From Bacillota bacterium (GTDB lineage: Bacteria > Bacillota > Clostridia > Christensenellales > UBA3700): a stretch of 64,000 nt of DNA. Positions 1 through 11,209 of this stretch are shown one piece after another (position 1 is the first letter of the stretch; the number at the start of each line of letters is the position of its first letter). A program made the translations under genes and the position numbers. The notes under the pieces are model-generated. The model did not search any database, was not told the origin of the DNA, and was given only the letters and a program-made list of their open reading frames with translations. The stretch spans positions 253,365 through 317,364 of the forward strand of contig JAEWXG010000012.1 in the NCBI GenBank assembly GCA_023396095.1. Reading direction: 5' to 3'.

Positions 1-513
1 AACATGTCCTCGTGGCAACCAATCATCAGGTAACTCTGTTTGCCATCCTTCTACAATCTTTTGTCTAAAAATACCAAAATCATATTTAATACAAAATCCA
101 CTTGCTGAATAATTCAAATTTGTTAATGACTCTAAGTAGGCAGCAGCCAATCTCCCTAATCCGCCATTACCCAAACCTGCATCTGGCTCTAACTCATAAA
201 TCGCATTAATGTCAGTATGCAACTCTTCCAAAACTTGTGTGAAATTCTTATCTAATCCCAAATTATATAAATGATTTCTTAAAGATCTTCCTAACAAAAA
301 CTCCATCGACATATAATAAACCTTTTTAAGATTTTGCTTTAAAACACGCTTTTTAAAAGCCACTCTCTTCTCGGTTAAAATATCATTTACAACATAACAT
401 ACCACAAAGTATCTATGCTCCAGATCCAAATCAGCAAAAGCTTGTCCAAATTGCACTTGAGCTTTTGTTAATAGCAATTCTTTAATTTCATTTTTTGTTA
501 TATTTGCACTCAT
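1..513 (-). CDS. glgP: glycogen/alpha-glucan phosphorylase, N-terminal part (gene runs off the window start)
   Basis: Not in the ORF track. My reverse-strand translation from the ATG at 513 (an in-frame alternative ATG is at 519) gives MSANITKNEIKELL...YELEPDAGLGNGGLGRLAAAYLESL...KIVEGWQTELPDDWLPRGHV and stays open to position 1. EPDAGLGNGGLGRLAA is the conserved GT35 phosphorylase motif. The gene lies downstream of glgA, as in Firmicute glgBCDAP loci. Confidence 0.85.
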   Translation of the reverse strand, partial: MSANITKNEIKELLLTKAQVQFGQAFADLDLEHRYFVVCYVVNDILTEKRVAFKKRVLKQNLKKVYYMSMEFLLGRSLRNHLYNLGLDKNFTQVLEELHTDINAIYELEPDAGLGNGGLGRLAAAYLESLTNLNYSASGFCIKYDFGIFRQKIVEGWQTELPDDWLPRGHV

Positions 514-714
514 TCGCATTCACATAATACATTATTTTTTTAACTTTATTGAATTTGTTAGATGTATTATTCCTTTATTTACAGTTTAAATTAAAACCTT
601 CACTATATTTATTAATATTTATATTTATATAGCGACACAACACAATTTTATAATAAAAGGTATATGTTGTAAACTTATTTATTTTTAAACAGTTATTATA
701 ATTAACAAAAATAA

Positions 715-736
715 CCCAAACTTTAAGACGTTTGGG
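715..736 (-). terminator. rho-independent terminator after glgA
   Basis: The minus strand reads CCCAAAC-GTCTTAAA-GTTTGGG followed by TTATTTTTGTT. It sits about 23 nt after the glgA stop. Confidence 0.6.
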
Positions 737-758
737 CTATTTATTATCATCCATTTAT

Positions 759-2264
759 TTAGCTAATACTATTGTAAAGATCAATATATTCTTTAGCCGA
801 TTTTTTCCAACTATTATCAACTTTCATATTATTATTAACCAACTGATCCCATTTATCTTTTTGATAATAGATGTCCAAGGCACGATTTATAGCTCCTAAT
901 AGTTCTAGGTGATTATAATCATAGAAAGTAAACCCTAATCCTTCTCCAGTTGTAGGATTATACGAAGGAACTGTATCTTTCAACCCTCCAACTAGCCTTA
1001 CAATTGGTACTGTCCCATATCTCATAGCTATCAACTGGCTCAATCCACAAGGCTCAAATTTAGATGGCATCAAGAAAAGATCGGATGCTGCATATATCTT
1101 GTTAGCCAAATCTCCTGAAAAATTAATGCTTACTCTTAATTTTGATTTATATCTTTCTTGTAATGCTAGTAATGAATTTTCAAACTTCCAATCACCTTGG
1201 CCAAGAATAACAAGCCTTACATCCTTTTGTAAAATAGATTCCATTGCATAAATAACAATATCAACTCCTTTTTGCTCTGTTAATCTCGTTACCATTCCTA
1301 TTAATGGGGCATCATTTGTTGGAGCTAAATCTAACATTTTTAACAAGCTATCTTTGTTCGCCTTTTTGCCTTCTTGGACATCATTTATTGAATATTTTCT
1401 AAACAAACTCTTATCGGTTGTAGGGTTAAATATGTTTTGATCTATTCCATTAACAATCCCTCTTACTTTAAAACTTCTTTCTCTTAATATTTTATCAAGC
1501 CCATATGAAAAGAATGGATCAAAAATCTCTTTCGCATATGTAGGAGACACGGTTGTTACAACATTAGAACACTCAATCGCCCCTTTCATAAAATTCACAC
1601 AATCCTCATATTCAACCAATCTAATCGTATCTTCTGGTAGCCCTAAAACTTCTCTAATGATTTCTTTCCCATATTTACCTTGAAATTGAATATTGTGAAT
1701 AGTGAATACAGTCTTTATATCTCTAAAAAATTCATATCCTCTATACATCGCATCTAAATAAACTGGGACTAAAGCTGTGTGCCAATCATTAGCATGTATA
1801 ATATCCGGTTTAAAATTGACTGTCGCTAACATGTCAATTGTTGCTTTGGAAAAAAATGCATATCTTTCTGCATCATCATAGTAACCATATAATCCACCTC
1901 TATTAAAATAATATTCATTGTCAAGGAAATAATATGTTACTCCATCCAACTCATATTTAAATATCCCACAATACTGGTAACGCCAAGCCAACGAAACATA
2001 GAAGTATCCTTGAAAATTCATAGCGTGTTTTAGGTCACTGCTAATATCTTTATATAATGGCAAAACCACTCGAACATCTATACCATTTGCAGCAAGCTCC
2101 TTTGGTAGTGCTCCAGCAACATCCCCAAGTCCTCCACTGCGAATGAATGGAGACGCCTCCGATGTAACAATTAATACCTTTTTGGTAGTTAATTCCTCTT
2201 TTGCAAGTGCTTTTTTTACTTCTTTCTCCTTAACAGTAGTCTTATTTTCAGTTACTTTTGCCAT
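759..2264 (-). CDS. glgA: glycogen synthase (ADP-glucose type, GT5)
   Basis: 501-aa ORF with the N-terminal motif SEASPFIRSGGLGDVAGALPKEL. Length and position in the glg operon fit. Confidence 0.95.
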   Translation of the reverse strand: MAKVTENKTTVKEKEVKKALAKEELTTKKVLIVTSEASPFIRSGGLGDVAGALPKELAANGIDVRVVLPLYKDISSDLKHAMNFQGYFYVSLAWRYQYCGIFKYELDGVTYYFLDNEYYFNRGGLYGYYDDAERYAFFSKATIDMLATVNFKPDIIHANDWHTALVPVYLDAMYRGYEFFRDIKTVFTIHNIQFQGKYGKEIIREVLGLPEDTIRLVEYEDCVNFMKGAIECSNVVTTVSPTYAKEIFDPFFSYGLDKILRERSFKVRGIVNGIDQNIFNPTTDKSLFRKYSINDVQEGKKANKDSLLKMLDLAPTNDAPLIGMVTRLTEQKGVDIVIYAMESILQKDVRLVILGQGDWKFENSLLALQERYKSKLRVSINFSGDLANKIYAASDLFLMPSKFEPCGLSQLIAMRYGTVPIVRLVGGLKDTVPSYNPTTGEGLGFTFYDYNHLELLGAINRALDIYYQKDKWDQLVNNNMKVDNSWKKSAKEYIDLYNSIS

Positions 2265-2276
2265 TTTAATTACCTC

Positions 2277-3389
2277 CTAAACCTCTTTTCCTTTAGCTAT
2301 AACTACAGGGTATGTCTCATGCCCGGAAATAACTCTATCTTCTTTTACTAAAACATCCTTATCTGTTATTGTACAAGATATCTTGCTTCCCTTTTTAACA
2401 ACAGTATATTCCATAATAATTGAATTTTTAATTTCAACACCTTCTTCAACTACAACATTTCTAAATAGAATAGAATTTTCTACAGAACCATTTATTGTAC
2501 AGCCGTCTGCTATTAATGAATTTTTAACATTACAATTATCACCATAAATAACAGGCACTGAGTCTTTAACTTTTGTAAAAATCTTACCGTTTTTAAAAAA
2601 CAAGTCACTACGATTTTCTTCTTTTAAAAGTTCCATCGATTTATCGTAATATGTTTTTACCGTGTTTATTACAGCAACATATCCTTTTATTTCTTCTTTG
2701 CAAACCTTATATTTATGTATTTCTTTTTGCAAAAGCAATTCTTCTAAATCGCTAAACCCTTTTGAATATGCTCCATTAATAATTGCTACTAACAAATCTT
2801 TCTTAATAATGTATGTGCTTAGTGAAAGTTCTTGTTTTTCTTCAGATATACTATTTGAAAATACAACCTCTTTAATTACTCCCTTTTCACTTTTATTTAT
2901 CACCGCAACTCTATTCCCATTAGTTTTTTCTTTATAAGTCAGTACCGTAATATCCGCATTGTTTTTGATATGTTTTTGATATATCTCTTCAAAGTTAATA
3001 TTAGCTACAATATTCCCATTGGTAATTAGCACATACTCTTCTTTAGCTCTAGATAAGTAATCGATAATGCCTTCCAACGCATCAATTTTACCTTTGTACA
3101 TTGTTTTCGAGTTATTAGAAACATAAGGAGGGAAAACAGCAATCCCACTATTTTTTCTATTTAAATCCCAATCCCTTCCCATTCTTATATGATCCATTAA
3201 TGACAAATAATTACTCTTCGTAATAATCGCAATTTTTGTGATTGAGGAATTAACACAATTTGAAAGAGCAAAGTCTATTAATCTATATCTTCCTGCGACA
3301 GGGATAGCAGCATCAGCTCTATGGAAAATTAACTCATTTAATTTTGCTTCCTGATCATTTGCAAAAATGATACCTAATAAATCATTCAT
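2277..3389 (-). CDS. glgD: glucose-1-phosphate adenylyltransferase regulatory subunit GlgD
   Basis: 370-aa GlgC paralog (IPVAGRYRLIDFALSNCVNS) without the GGxGxRL loop. Its start overlaps the glgC stop (TAATG at 3387-3391). Confidence 0.85.
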   Translation of the reverse strand: MNDLLGIIFANDQEAKLNELIFHRADAAIPVAGRYRLIDFALSNCVNSSITKIAIITKSNYLSLMDHIRMGRDWDLNRKNSGIAVFPPYVSNNSKTMYKGKIDALEGIIDYLSRAKEEYVLITNGNIVANINFEEIYQKHIKNNADITVLTYKEKTNGNRVAVINKSEKGVIKEVVFSNSISEEKQELSLSTYIIKKDLLVAIINGAYSKGFSDLEELLLQKEIHKYKVCKEEIKGYVAVINTVKTYYDKSMELLKEENRSDLFFKNGKIFTKVKDSVPVIYGDNCNVKNSLIADGCTINGSVENSILFRNVVVEEGVEIKNSIIMEYTVVKKGSKISCTITDKDVLVKEDRVISGHETYPVVIAKGKEV

Positions 3390-4606
3390 TATACATCCTC
3401 CCTATCAAACACTTCATTTTGATTAATAACTGTGTTGTTTGGAACAACCGATTTTGGTCCTACTACAGCAATTTTCCATTCACCATCTAAAGGAACATTC
3501 TGCTCTGCTCCAATTTTTACATTGTTGCCAATTTGCGCCTCAGCTCCAATTATTGCATACTCGATAATTGAACCACTCTTTATTACAGCACCAGGCATAA
3601 TAACAGAATTTTTAATAATTGTATCTTTTTCAATTTTTACGGAACTTGAAATAATAGAATTTTCAACAATTCCCTCTATCAAACAACCTTCTGTAATAAT
3701 TGATTTTTTAATTAATGCTTTAGCCCCAACATATTGTGGTGGAAACGCTAAATTTCTTGCGTAAATTTTCCATGTATTATCATTTAAATTAATTGAGTTT
3801 GGATCATCAGCTTTTGCTTCTAGTATGTCCATATTTGCTTGCCATAGACTTGAAATCGTTCCTACATCTTTCCAATACCCTTCAAATTCATACGCAAACA
3901 TTCTTTCGTTATTATTCAACATATTTGGAATAATATTCTTTCCAAAATCGTTTTCAGAATTCTTATTGTTTTCATCATCAATTAAATATGCCTTGAGTTT
4001 ATCCCAGGAAAAAATATATATTCCCATTGAAGCTTTTGTTGACTTAGGTTTTTTAGGCTTTTCTTCAAATTCTACAATTTTCATATTTTTATCAGTATTC
4101 ATAATACCGAATCTTGATGCTTCTTCTAGCGAAACATTAATAACAGCAATTGTACAATCGGACTTATTTTGTATATGATAATTAAGCATTTTATCATAAT
4201 TCATCTTATAAACATGGTCACCTGACAAAATCAACACATATTTAGGAGCAAATCTTTCTATAAATCCTATATTTTGATAAATTGCATTTGCTGTTCCTTT
4301 ATACCATTCACCAGTTTTCCCTCTAACATACGGCGGCAAAACAAAAACTCCACCATTCAATCTATCTAAATCCCAAGGTTGGCCATTCCCTATATATTGA
4401 TTTAATTCAAATGGTTGATACTGTGTCAAAACACCTATTGTATCTATCCCTGAATTAATACAATTTGATAATGGAAAATCGATAATTCTATACTTCCCAC
4501 CAAAAGGTACTGCTGGTTTAGCTACATTTTTGGTCAAAGATAACAACCTGGTACCTTGTCCTCCAGCTAGCAACATTGCCACACAATCTTTACTTGTCAA
4601 ACTCAT
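3389..4606 (-). CDS. glgC: glucose-1-phosphate adenylyltransferase
   Basis: Motif [43 protein letters not shown]. The ORF-track start at 4642 lies inside glgB. The internal ATG at 4606 is preceded by an AGAGGGGGAAT RBS. Confidence 0.93.
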   Translation of the reverse strand: MSLTSKDCVAMLLAGGQGTRLLSLTKNVAKPAVPFGGKYRIIDFPLSNCINSGIDTIGVLTQYQPFELNQYIGNGQPWDLDRLNGGVFVLPPYVRGKTGEWYKGTANAIYQNIGFIERFAPKYVLILSGDHVYKMNYDKMLNYHIQNKSDCTIAVINVSLEEASRFGIMNTDKNMKIVEFEEKPKKPKSTKASMGIYIFSWDKLKAYLIDDENNKNSENDFGKNIIPNMLNNNERMFAYEFEGYWKDVGTISSLWQANMDILEAKADDPNSINLNDNTWKIYARNLAFPPQYVGAKALIKKSIITEGCLIEGIVENSIISSSVKIEKDTIIKNSVIMPGAVIKSGSIIEYAIIGAEAQIGNNVKIGAEQNVPLDGEWKIAVVGPKSVVPNNTVINQNEVFDREDV

Positions 4607-4626
4607 ATTCCCCCTCTCTACGATGC

Positions 4627-6510
4627 CTATTTGGCATTGCAATTTATATACATAACACTATTGGCAGGTATATCTATCTCGATGTGATATGGCAAATTAT
4701 GCATTCCACCATCAACAGCATCAAATTTTAGAACTCCCTTTGTAGTTCCACCATATTTAACATCATTTGAATTCAATATTGTTTTATAGGTTTTCTTCTC
4801 TGGAACTCCCATACAATATCCCTCTCTAGTAATTGGTGAAAAATTAATGATGCAAATAATGTAACTCTTATCTTTTGCGTATCTTGCAAACGAAATTATA
4901 TTTTGAGTATTATCATCCACAACAATCCACTTAAACCCATCATAACTATCATCCAACTGCCATAAAGGTTTTTTCTTAACATAGATTTTATTTAAATCTT
5001 TAACAAAATTTTGTATGTTTTTATGTGATGGGTATTTTAATAAAAACCAATCAAGTTCCTTTTTATTATCCCATTCAATAAACTGTCCGAACTCATTACC
5101 CATAAACATTAATTTCTTTCCTGGGTGTCCGTACATATATCCATACAAAGCTTTCAAAGAAGCAAACTTTTCTGAATAATCTCCTTGCATTTTATCAACC
5201 ATTGATTTTTTACCGTGAACAACTTCATCGTGTGAAAATGGTAAAATGTAATTTTCTGAAAATGCATATGTAATTGAAAAAGTTATATTGTTGTGCATAT
5301 CTTTTCTAAAAAATGGATTTGCACTAGCATATGACAAAATATCGTTCATCCAACCCATATTCCATTTATAGTTAAATCCAAGTCCACCATCATAAGCAGG
5401 CTTCGTCACTAACGGAAAAGCTGTTGATTCTTCTGCTATCATGATTGCACCCTTGTGCTTTTTCAAAATAACCGTATTAAGCTGCTTTAAAAAATCTATG
5501 GCATCAAGATCATAATTGCCTCCATCTTTATTTCTTCTCCATTCCCCATCTTTCCTTGCGTAATCTAAATAAAGCATGCTTGCAACCGCATCTATTCTTA
5601 AACCATCGATATGATATTCTTGTATCCAAAAATTAGCTGAAGAAATTAAAAATGATTTAACTTCTTTCCTTGAATAATCAAAAACTCTCGTTCCCCATTC
5701 TTTATGTTCAGACTTTAATGGATCTTCATACTCATATAGTGGTTCACCATCAAATTCGTAGAGACCATGCTCATCTTTTGGAAAATGAGCAAAAACTAAA
5801 TCCAATATAACGCCTATATTGTTTTTATGACATAAATCAACAAAATATTTAAAATCATGCGGAGTTCCATATCTAGAAGTTGGGGCAAAGAATCCTGTTA
5901 CTTGATATCCCCAAGAACCTTCAAAAGGAAATTCTGTTATAGGTAAAACTTCAACATGAGTATAATTCATTTTTTTAGCATATTGAACAAATGCCTCTGC
6001 TGTACTCCTATAGCTAAAGAAATTCCCATCGCGATATCTCTTCCAAGATCCTAAATGCATTTCATATATATTCATTGGTTGCTTTACCGTATTGATTTTT
6101 CTCCTCTTTTTAAGCCATTCATCATCGCCCCATTCATATCCATCAATATCATAGAGTTTTGAAGCATTAGCCGGTGCAGTTTCTGCATGTAAAGCATATG
6201 GATCTGATTTCAAAACGATTTTTCCAGATCTTGACTCTACGCTATACTTGTATATGTCATACACTTTTAACCCAGGAATAAACGCTTCAAATATTCCATT
6301 TGAAACTAACTCCATTGGATTAACTTGTCTATCCCAATTGTTAAAATTTCCAACCACCGAAACTGACTTCGCCCTTGGCGCCCAAAGTCTAAAAAGCCAC
6401 CCTTCAACACCTTCTCTAACATACTTTTTAGGTGAAAATAACTTGTATGATTCATCATTTGTACCTTCATGAAATAAATATGCCGGTAAATCAATTATAC
6501 TGTCTTTCAA
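4627..6510 (-). CDS. glgB: 1,4-alpha-glucan branching enzyme (GH13)
   Basis: 627 aa with motifs [20 protein letters not shown] and SHDEVVHGK. Confidence 0.95.
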   Translation of the reverse strand: MKDSIIDLPAYLFHEGTNDESYKLFSPKKYVREGVEGWLFRLWAPRAKSVSVVGNFNNWDRQVNPMELVSNGIFEAFIPGLKVYDIYKYSVESRSGKIVLKSDPYALHAETAPANASKLYDIDGYEWGDDEWLKKRRKINTVKQPMNIYEMHLGSWKRYRDGNFFSYRSTAEAFVQYAKKMNYTHVEVLPITEFPFEGSWGYQVTGFFAPTSRYGTPHDFKYFVDLCHKNNIGVILDLVFAHFPKDEHGLYEFDGEPLYEYEDPLKSEHKEWGTRVFDYSRKEVKSFLISSANFWIQEYHIDGLRIDAVASMLYLDYARKDGEWRRNKDGGNYDLDAIDFLKQLNTVILKKHKGAIMIAEESTAFPLVTKPAYDGGLGFNYKWNMGWMNDILSYASANPFFRKDMHNNITFSITYAFSENYILPFSHDEVVHGKKSMVDKMQGDYSEKFASLKALYGYMYGHPGKKLMFMGNEFGQFIEWDNKKELDWFLLKYPSHKNIQNFVKDLNKIYVKKKPLWQLDDSYDGFKWIVVDDNTQNIISFARYAKDKSYIICIINFSPITREGYCMGVPEKKTYKTILNSNDVKYGGTTKGVLKFDAVDGGMHNLPYHIEIDIPANSVMYINCNAK

Positions 6511-6543
6511 TGTTTTGTCTCCTATCTAAATAAACTTAACTTG

Positions 6544-6572
6544 ATTATAGCATGCGCGATAATATAGTACAA
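6544..6572 (-). promoter_or_regulatory. candidate sigma-A promoter of the glg operon
   Basis: The minus strand reads TTGTAC-17 nt-TATAAT about 35 nt upstream of the glgB ATG. AT-rich DNA makes such matches cheap. Confidence 0.35.
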
Positions 6573-6984
6573 TATACACGCATTATCAATGCAGCCTTTG
6601 CTCACTTACTTTACGATGAATATTTTCTCAAATTTTGTGGTATTTTTCCATTTTTTATTCTTTTTTTGTTGATAATCTACAAGAATTTTATTTTCTAAAA
6701 TTTTATCATCTGTTTTTTAAAGATTTCTACTTAAACCGTTTTCTCATAAGACATCCGTGATATGAGAAGTTATATGCAAAAACTTATTAAACTTATCATT
6801 AAACTTCTTTTTTGTAGTTGTATTTATTGTTTTCATACAGATAATATCAAACAAATCAATATTTATCCTAAAAGAACTATTGTATCATCGCTGTTAAACT
6901 AAATACGCCAAGCTTTTGTCTTACTCATACAACAAAACATGGCACAATCAAGATAATAAGCGTTTTGGAGTTTTTTATCTTTTT

Positions 6985-7914
6985 CTATTTATTGGCTAAC
7001 AATTTAACCATTACCGCCTTTTGAGCGTGCAATCTATTCTCCGCTTCATCCATAATACAATCTGCAAATTTTTCAAAAACTTCTTCTGTTATTTCTTCGC
7101 CCTTATGTGCTGGCAAACAGTGCAATACTATTGCATCTTTGTTAGCTATTTTTAGTAGCTCCTGGCCTATGGTAAACCCTTTAAAATCTTTCTTTCTTTT
7201 TTCCTGCTCTGCTTCTTGTCCCATTGATGCCCAAACATCAGTAAAAATTACATCTGCATTCTTAACAGCTTCTTTTGGATTATTTGTTATTGAAAATAAC
7301 CCATTATTATTTAATCTCTCAACTAGTCGCATATCTGGCTTATATTCATCCGGGCAGGCAATTGCAATGGAAACATTCAATTTTAAAGCTCCCGCTATAA
7401 TGGAGTTTGCCATATTGTTACCATCCCCAATATAACAAAATTTTAAATTATCAAAACTGCCTTTTTTTTCTCTTATCGTCATAAAATCAGCAAGAACTTG
7501 GCACGGATGTGAATAATCAGTTAACCCATTAATAATTGGAATTGATCCATATTTAGCAAGATCTTCAACGTCGTCTTGCTTGTATGTTCTAATCATTATT
7601 CCATCTAAATATCTTGACAAAACTCGTGCAGTATCTTTTATGCTTTCACCTCTCCCTAACTGGATGTCTCTCTCTGATAAAAATATAGCATTCCCTCCAA
7701 GTTCATACATTCCTACCTCAAATGAAACACGTGTTCTTGTCGAAGACTTACTAAAAATCATCCCTAAAGTTTTCCCGTTCAAGAGATGGTGTTCTATCCC
7801 ATGTTTTTTTTCGTATTTTAATTGGTCCGCTAAATCTAAAATATCTATTATCTCTTGTTTACTTAAATCTTCCATTTTCAATAAATGTTCCATTACTCTT
7901 CTCCTTACCTGCAA
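6985..7914 (-). CDS. argF: ornithine carbamoyltransferase
   Basis: Motifs STRTRVSFE, HPCQVLAD and HCLPAHKGEE. The true start may be a few codons inside the ORF. Confidence 0.93.
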   Translation of the reverse strand: MQVRRRVMEHLLKMEDLSKQEIIDILDLADQLKYEKKHGIEHHLLNGKTLGMIFSKSSTRTRVSFEVGMYELGGNAIFLSERDIQLGRGESIKDTARVLSRYLDGIMIRTYKQDDVEDLAKYGSIPIINGLTDYSHPCQVLADFMTIREKKGSFDNLKFCYIGDGNNMANSIIAGALKLNVSIAIACPDEYKPDMRLVERLNNNGLFSITNNPKEAVKNADVIFTDVWASMGQEAEQEKRKKDFKGFTIGQELLKIANKDAIVLHCLPAHKGEEITEEVFEKFADCIMDEAENRLHAQKAVMVKLLANK

Positions 7915-7949
7915 TACTTACAATTTTCTTCTTATTTTATAATTCTATA

Positions 7950-9107
7950 TTAATTTTCAATAGCTTCCTTTAATATGCTAAGTCCAGCATCTATTTGCTT
8001 TTTTTCAATATTTAACGGCGGCAACAACCTAATTTTTTCCTTAGCAGTTAAAACCAAAAGCCCTTTTTTCATACAGCCTGTCACAACTTCTTGCGCTTTT
8101 TTAGTCTCTAATTGGATCCCTATCATTAGGCCAAGTCCCGTAACAGCCTTAACACCTTTTATTGCCTCTATATTTTCCTTAAGATATTTACCCTTTTCTA
8201 CTACTGCGCTCAAAAACGATGCTTTGTTTATTTCTCCTAAAACAACTTTTGCAGCAGACGATGATATAGGATTACCTCCAAACGTTGAGCCATGCGATGA
8301 ATAAGTAAATGTGTTCTCTGCTTTTTCTCCTATTAAGCAAGCTCCAATGGGCATTCCACCACCTAATCCTTTAGCTAAAGTAACTATATCAGGTTTTATA
8401 TTAAAGTGCTCTAAACATAATACTTTACCTGTTCTTCCTATGCCAGTTTGAACTTCGTCATCTACAATTAACACGTCGTTTTCTTTGGCGAATTTTACAA
8501 GTCTAGCTAAAAAATCTTTATTGATAGGAACAACACCACCTTCCCCTTGCACAAGTTCAATGAATATCCCGCCAACGTTTTTAAAAGTTGAAAAATCAAC
8601 ATCTTCGCCAATATATTCAACTTCTTGCATGAACGGATTAAAATCTTTATGAAATATCTCTTGCCCTGTTAGCGTAAGCGTTGCCATCGTTCTTCCGTGA
8701 AACGAATTTTGCAGCGAAAGTATTTTTGTTTTTCCATCATTTTTATCAGAATGGTATTTGCGCACTAACTTAAAAGCGCATTCGTTTGCTTCAGCTCCAG
8801 AATTTGCCAAGAACACTTTTTTATAATTTGTCGCTTCACATAAATGCTTTGCTAATTCTATTGAAGGCTCATTGTAATATATATTTGAAGTATGTTGCAC
8901 TTTATTGAACTGTTTTACTATAGCGTTTAATATTTGACTAGGGGCATACCCTAAGGAATTAACACCTATTCCGCTAGTAAAGTCTATATACGTCTTCCCT
9001 TTGTCGTCTATCGCGCAGGCACCTTTTCCTTGAACAATCACAACATTTTGTCTTTTATATGTTTGAGCCATATATTCTTTTTCTAACAATATGTAATCCA
9101 TTCCCAC
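7950..9107 (-). CDS. argD: acetylornithine aminotransferase
   Basis: Class III aminotransferase motifs LANSGAEANE, DEVQTGIGRTG and TLAKGLGGGMPIG. Confidence 0.9.
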   Translation of the reverse strand: MGMDYILLEKEYMAQTYKRQNVVIVQGKGACAIDDKGKTYIDFTSGIGVNSLGYAPSQILNAIVKQFNKVQHTSNIYYNEPSIELAKHLCEATNYKKVFLANSGAEANECAFKLVRKYHSDKNDGKTKILSLQNSFHGRTMATLTLTGQEIFHKDFNPFMQEVEYIGEDVDFSTFKNVGGIFIELVQGEGGVVPINKDFLARLVKFAKENDVLIVDDEVQTGIGRTGKVLCLEHFNIKPDIVTLAKGLGGGMPIGACLIGEKAENTFTYSSHGSTFGGNPISSSAAKVVLGEINKASFLSAVVEKGKYLKENIEAIKGVKAVTGLGLMIGIQLETKKAQEVVTGCMKKGLLVLTAKEKIRLLPPLNIEKKQIDAGLSILKEAIEN

Positions 9108-9114
9108 TTCCTCT

Positions 9115-9978
9115 CTATTTTACGAACATAGTCCCTATTCCAGATGATGTTAACATTTCAAGCAAAATTGAATGCTTAATCCTTCCATCTATGATGATAG
9201 CCTGCCCTACTCCGTTGCGTATCGCCTCCACACAACAATCAATTTTAGGAATCATACCTTTTGTTATTGTTCCTTTTTGAGTTAATACCTTAACTTTTGA
9301 AATAGGCAAACTAGGAATTAAAGTGCTTTCATCTTTTGGATCTTCTAATACGCCTGCAACATCCGTTAATAAAAGAAGATTCTCTGCCTTTAAAGCTGTT
9401 GCTATTTTACTTGCCGCTATGTCAGCGTTAATATTTAATATAGTTCCGTCATCGTTATTTGTAACTGTTGAAATTATAGGAATATAACCATTATCTAATA
9501 AATCTTTTAGAACTTTAGAATTTACTTCTTCTATTTCTCCAACAAACCCATATTTGCCATCATCTTTGATTTTTGCCTTAAGTAATTTGCCATCGACGCC
9601 ACTAATTCCAAGCGCATTTCCACCATGAATTTGCACAGCACTTACTAACTCTTTATTAAGTTTCCCAGAAAGCACCATTTGTACAACTTCTGCTGTTATA
9701 CTATCTGTATAACGTAAACCATCAATAAATGTAGATTGATGATTAATTCTTTTTAAAGCAGTCTCTATTTCCGGACCGCCTCCGTGCACTACTACAACCT
9801 TTACACCTACTGTTGTTAACAAAACTATATCTTGCATAACTGCACTTTTTAGTTCTTGATTTGTCATAGCATTGCCGCCATACTTTATAACAACAATCTT
9901 ATTATTGTATTTTTGAATGTATGGCAAGGCGTCCACTAAAATTTTTACACGTTCATGATTATTAATAATTTCTTTCAT
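9115..9978 (-). CDS. argB: acetylglutamate kinase
   Basis: Motifs VVIKYGGNAM and VVVHGGGPEI, with amino-acid kinase fold length. Confidence 0.93.
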   Translation of the reverse strand: MKEIINNHERVKILVDALPYIQKYNNKIVVIKYGGNAMTNQELKSAVMQDIVLLTTVGVKVVVVHGGGPEIETALKRINHQSTFIDGLRYTDSITAEVVQMVLSGKLNKELVSAVQIHGGNALGISGVDGKLLKAKIKDDGKYGFVGEIEEVNSKVLKDLLDNGYIPIISTVTNNDDGTILNINADIAASKIATALKAENLLLLTDVAGVLEDPKDESTLIPSLPISKVKVLTQKGTITKGMIPKIDCCVEAIRNGVGQAIIIDGRIKHSILLEMLTSSGIGTMFVK

Positions 9979-11198
9979 TAGGTTCTATACTCCGCATTAA
10001 TTTTTACATAGTCATAAGTCAAATCGCACCCCCACGCAGTTGCCATATTCTTTCCACTGTTAAGATCAACTATTATACATATTTCTTTTTCCAGTAATAT
10101 CTGTTTTGCTTCATCTTCCGAAAAAGGAATGCCAACTCCTTTTTGACACACTGTAATTTCACCAGCTTTCGATTTAAATGCTACAGACATATTTGCAACG
10201 TCAAAATCCGCTTGAGCGTTACCAACTGCACAAAGAACTCTCCCCCAATTTGCATCGGCGGCAAACATTGCAGCTTTCAATAGATTTGAGGAAACTACTT
10301 CGGAGGCAATTGCTTTTGCAGCTAAAATAGATGGTGCCTGTAAACACTTACACTCAATCAATTTTGTTGCTCCCTCTCCATCGCCAGCTATAAGTTTTGC
10401 GATAGTTGAAAGTACTTCTTTAAACAACCCTGCAACCTCAAAGTATTTATCATCAATTTTGTTTATCTCTTTATTGCCAGCCAAACAAGAACTCATTATA
10501 ACCAACATGTCATTAGTTGATGTGTCGCCATCAATATTAATCATATTTAACGTATCTTCATTTACATCCTTAATTAAATATTTCATGACCTCAGGAGTTA
10601 TATTGATATCAGTTGTAACAAAACATAGAAGTGTTGCCATATTTACATTAATCATTCCACTACCTTTAGCAACGGCCCCTATATGACATTTCACACCATC
10701 TAATTCAAATTCTATAGCCACTTCTTTTTTTATTGTGTCAGTAGTCATAATAGACTGTGCAAATTTATCACTGCCATCTTTTGATAAGCCGTTAACTAAT
10801 TCTGGCATTGCCTTCTCAATTACATCAGTATCAAGATTTTGCCCTATAACTCCAGTTGAAGCCACTATGACGTCCTTCTTATCTATTTTCAATGATTTTG
10901 CTACAAACTCACACATTAAATTTGCCTTTTCTATTCCGTCAACATTGCAAGTATTAGCGTTACCGCTATTAACTATAATTGCTTTTGCCTTATCATCTTG
11001 TAAATTCTCTTTTGTAACTATTAAAGGTGCCCCTTTAACTTTATTTTTTGTATATACCGCAGCAGCCACGCATTCTTTCTCACAATATATTAACCCTACA
11101 TCTAACTTGTTCTTATTTTTGCGAATCCCTGCATGTACTCCGTTACTTTTAAATCCTTTTGATGAAGATATTCCACCTTCTATTTCAATATATTTCAT
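9978..11198 (-). CDS. argJ: bifunctional ornithine acetyltransferase / N-acetylglutamate synthase
   Basis: Self-cleavage site context KGSGMINVNMATLLCFVTTD. The ORF-track start at 11234 overlaps argC. The ATG at 11198 follows an AGAGGTGA RBS. Confidence 0.92.
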   Translation of the reverse strand: MKYIEIEGGISSSKGFKSNGVHAGIRKNKNKLDVGLIYCEKECVAAAVYTKNKVKGAPLIVTKENLQDDKAKAIIVNSGNANTCNVDGIEKANLMCEFVAKSLKIDKKDVIVASTGVIGQNLDTDVIEKAMPELVNGLSKDGSDKFAQSIMTTDTIKKEVAIEFELDGVKCHIGAVAKGSGMINVNMATLLCFVTTDINITPEVMKYLIKDVNEDTLNMINIDGDTSTNDMLVIMSSCLAGNKEINKIDDKYFEVAGLFKEVLSTIAKLIAGDGEGATKLIECKCLQAPSILAAKAIASEVVSSNLLKAAMFAADANWGRVLCAVGNAQADFDVANMSVAFKSKAGEITVCQKGVGIPFSEDEAKQILLEKEICIIVDLNSGKNMATAWGCDLTYDYVKINAEYRT

Positions 11199-11209
11199 TT
11201 TGTCACCTC

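Noticed and set aside
6306-6494. Short minus-strand ORFs nested in other frames of real genes (6306-6494 in glgB, 38233-38418 in wzx, 47383-47574 in alaS, 48636-48824 in glnN).
   Set aside because: They are fully contained in longer ORFs that have clear family motifs. They have no independent support.
6741-6768. The hairpin TTCTCATA-N12-TATGAGAA as the arg-operon terminator.
   Set aside because: It has a 12-nt loop, an AT-rich 8-bp stem and no following U-tract on either strand, and it lies about 220 nt from the argF stop.
6596-6902. Small plus-strand ORFs in the arg-glg spacer: a 27-aa hydrophobic peptide MQPLLTYFTMNIFSNFVVFFHFLFFFC, and a 46-aa Cys-containing ORF starting at 6762.
   Set aside because: Neither has a Shine-Dalgarno sequence. 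The Phe-rich composition simply reflects T-runs. There is no family resemblance.
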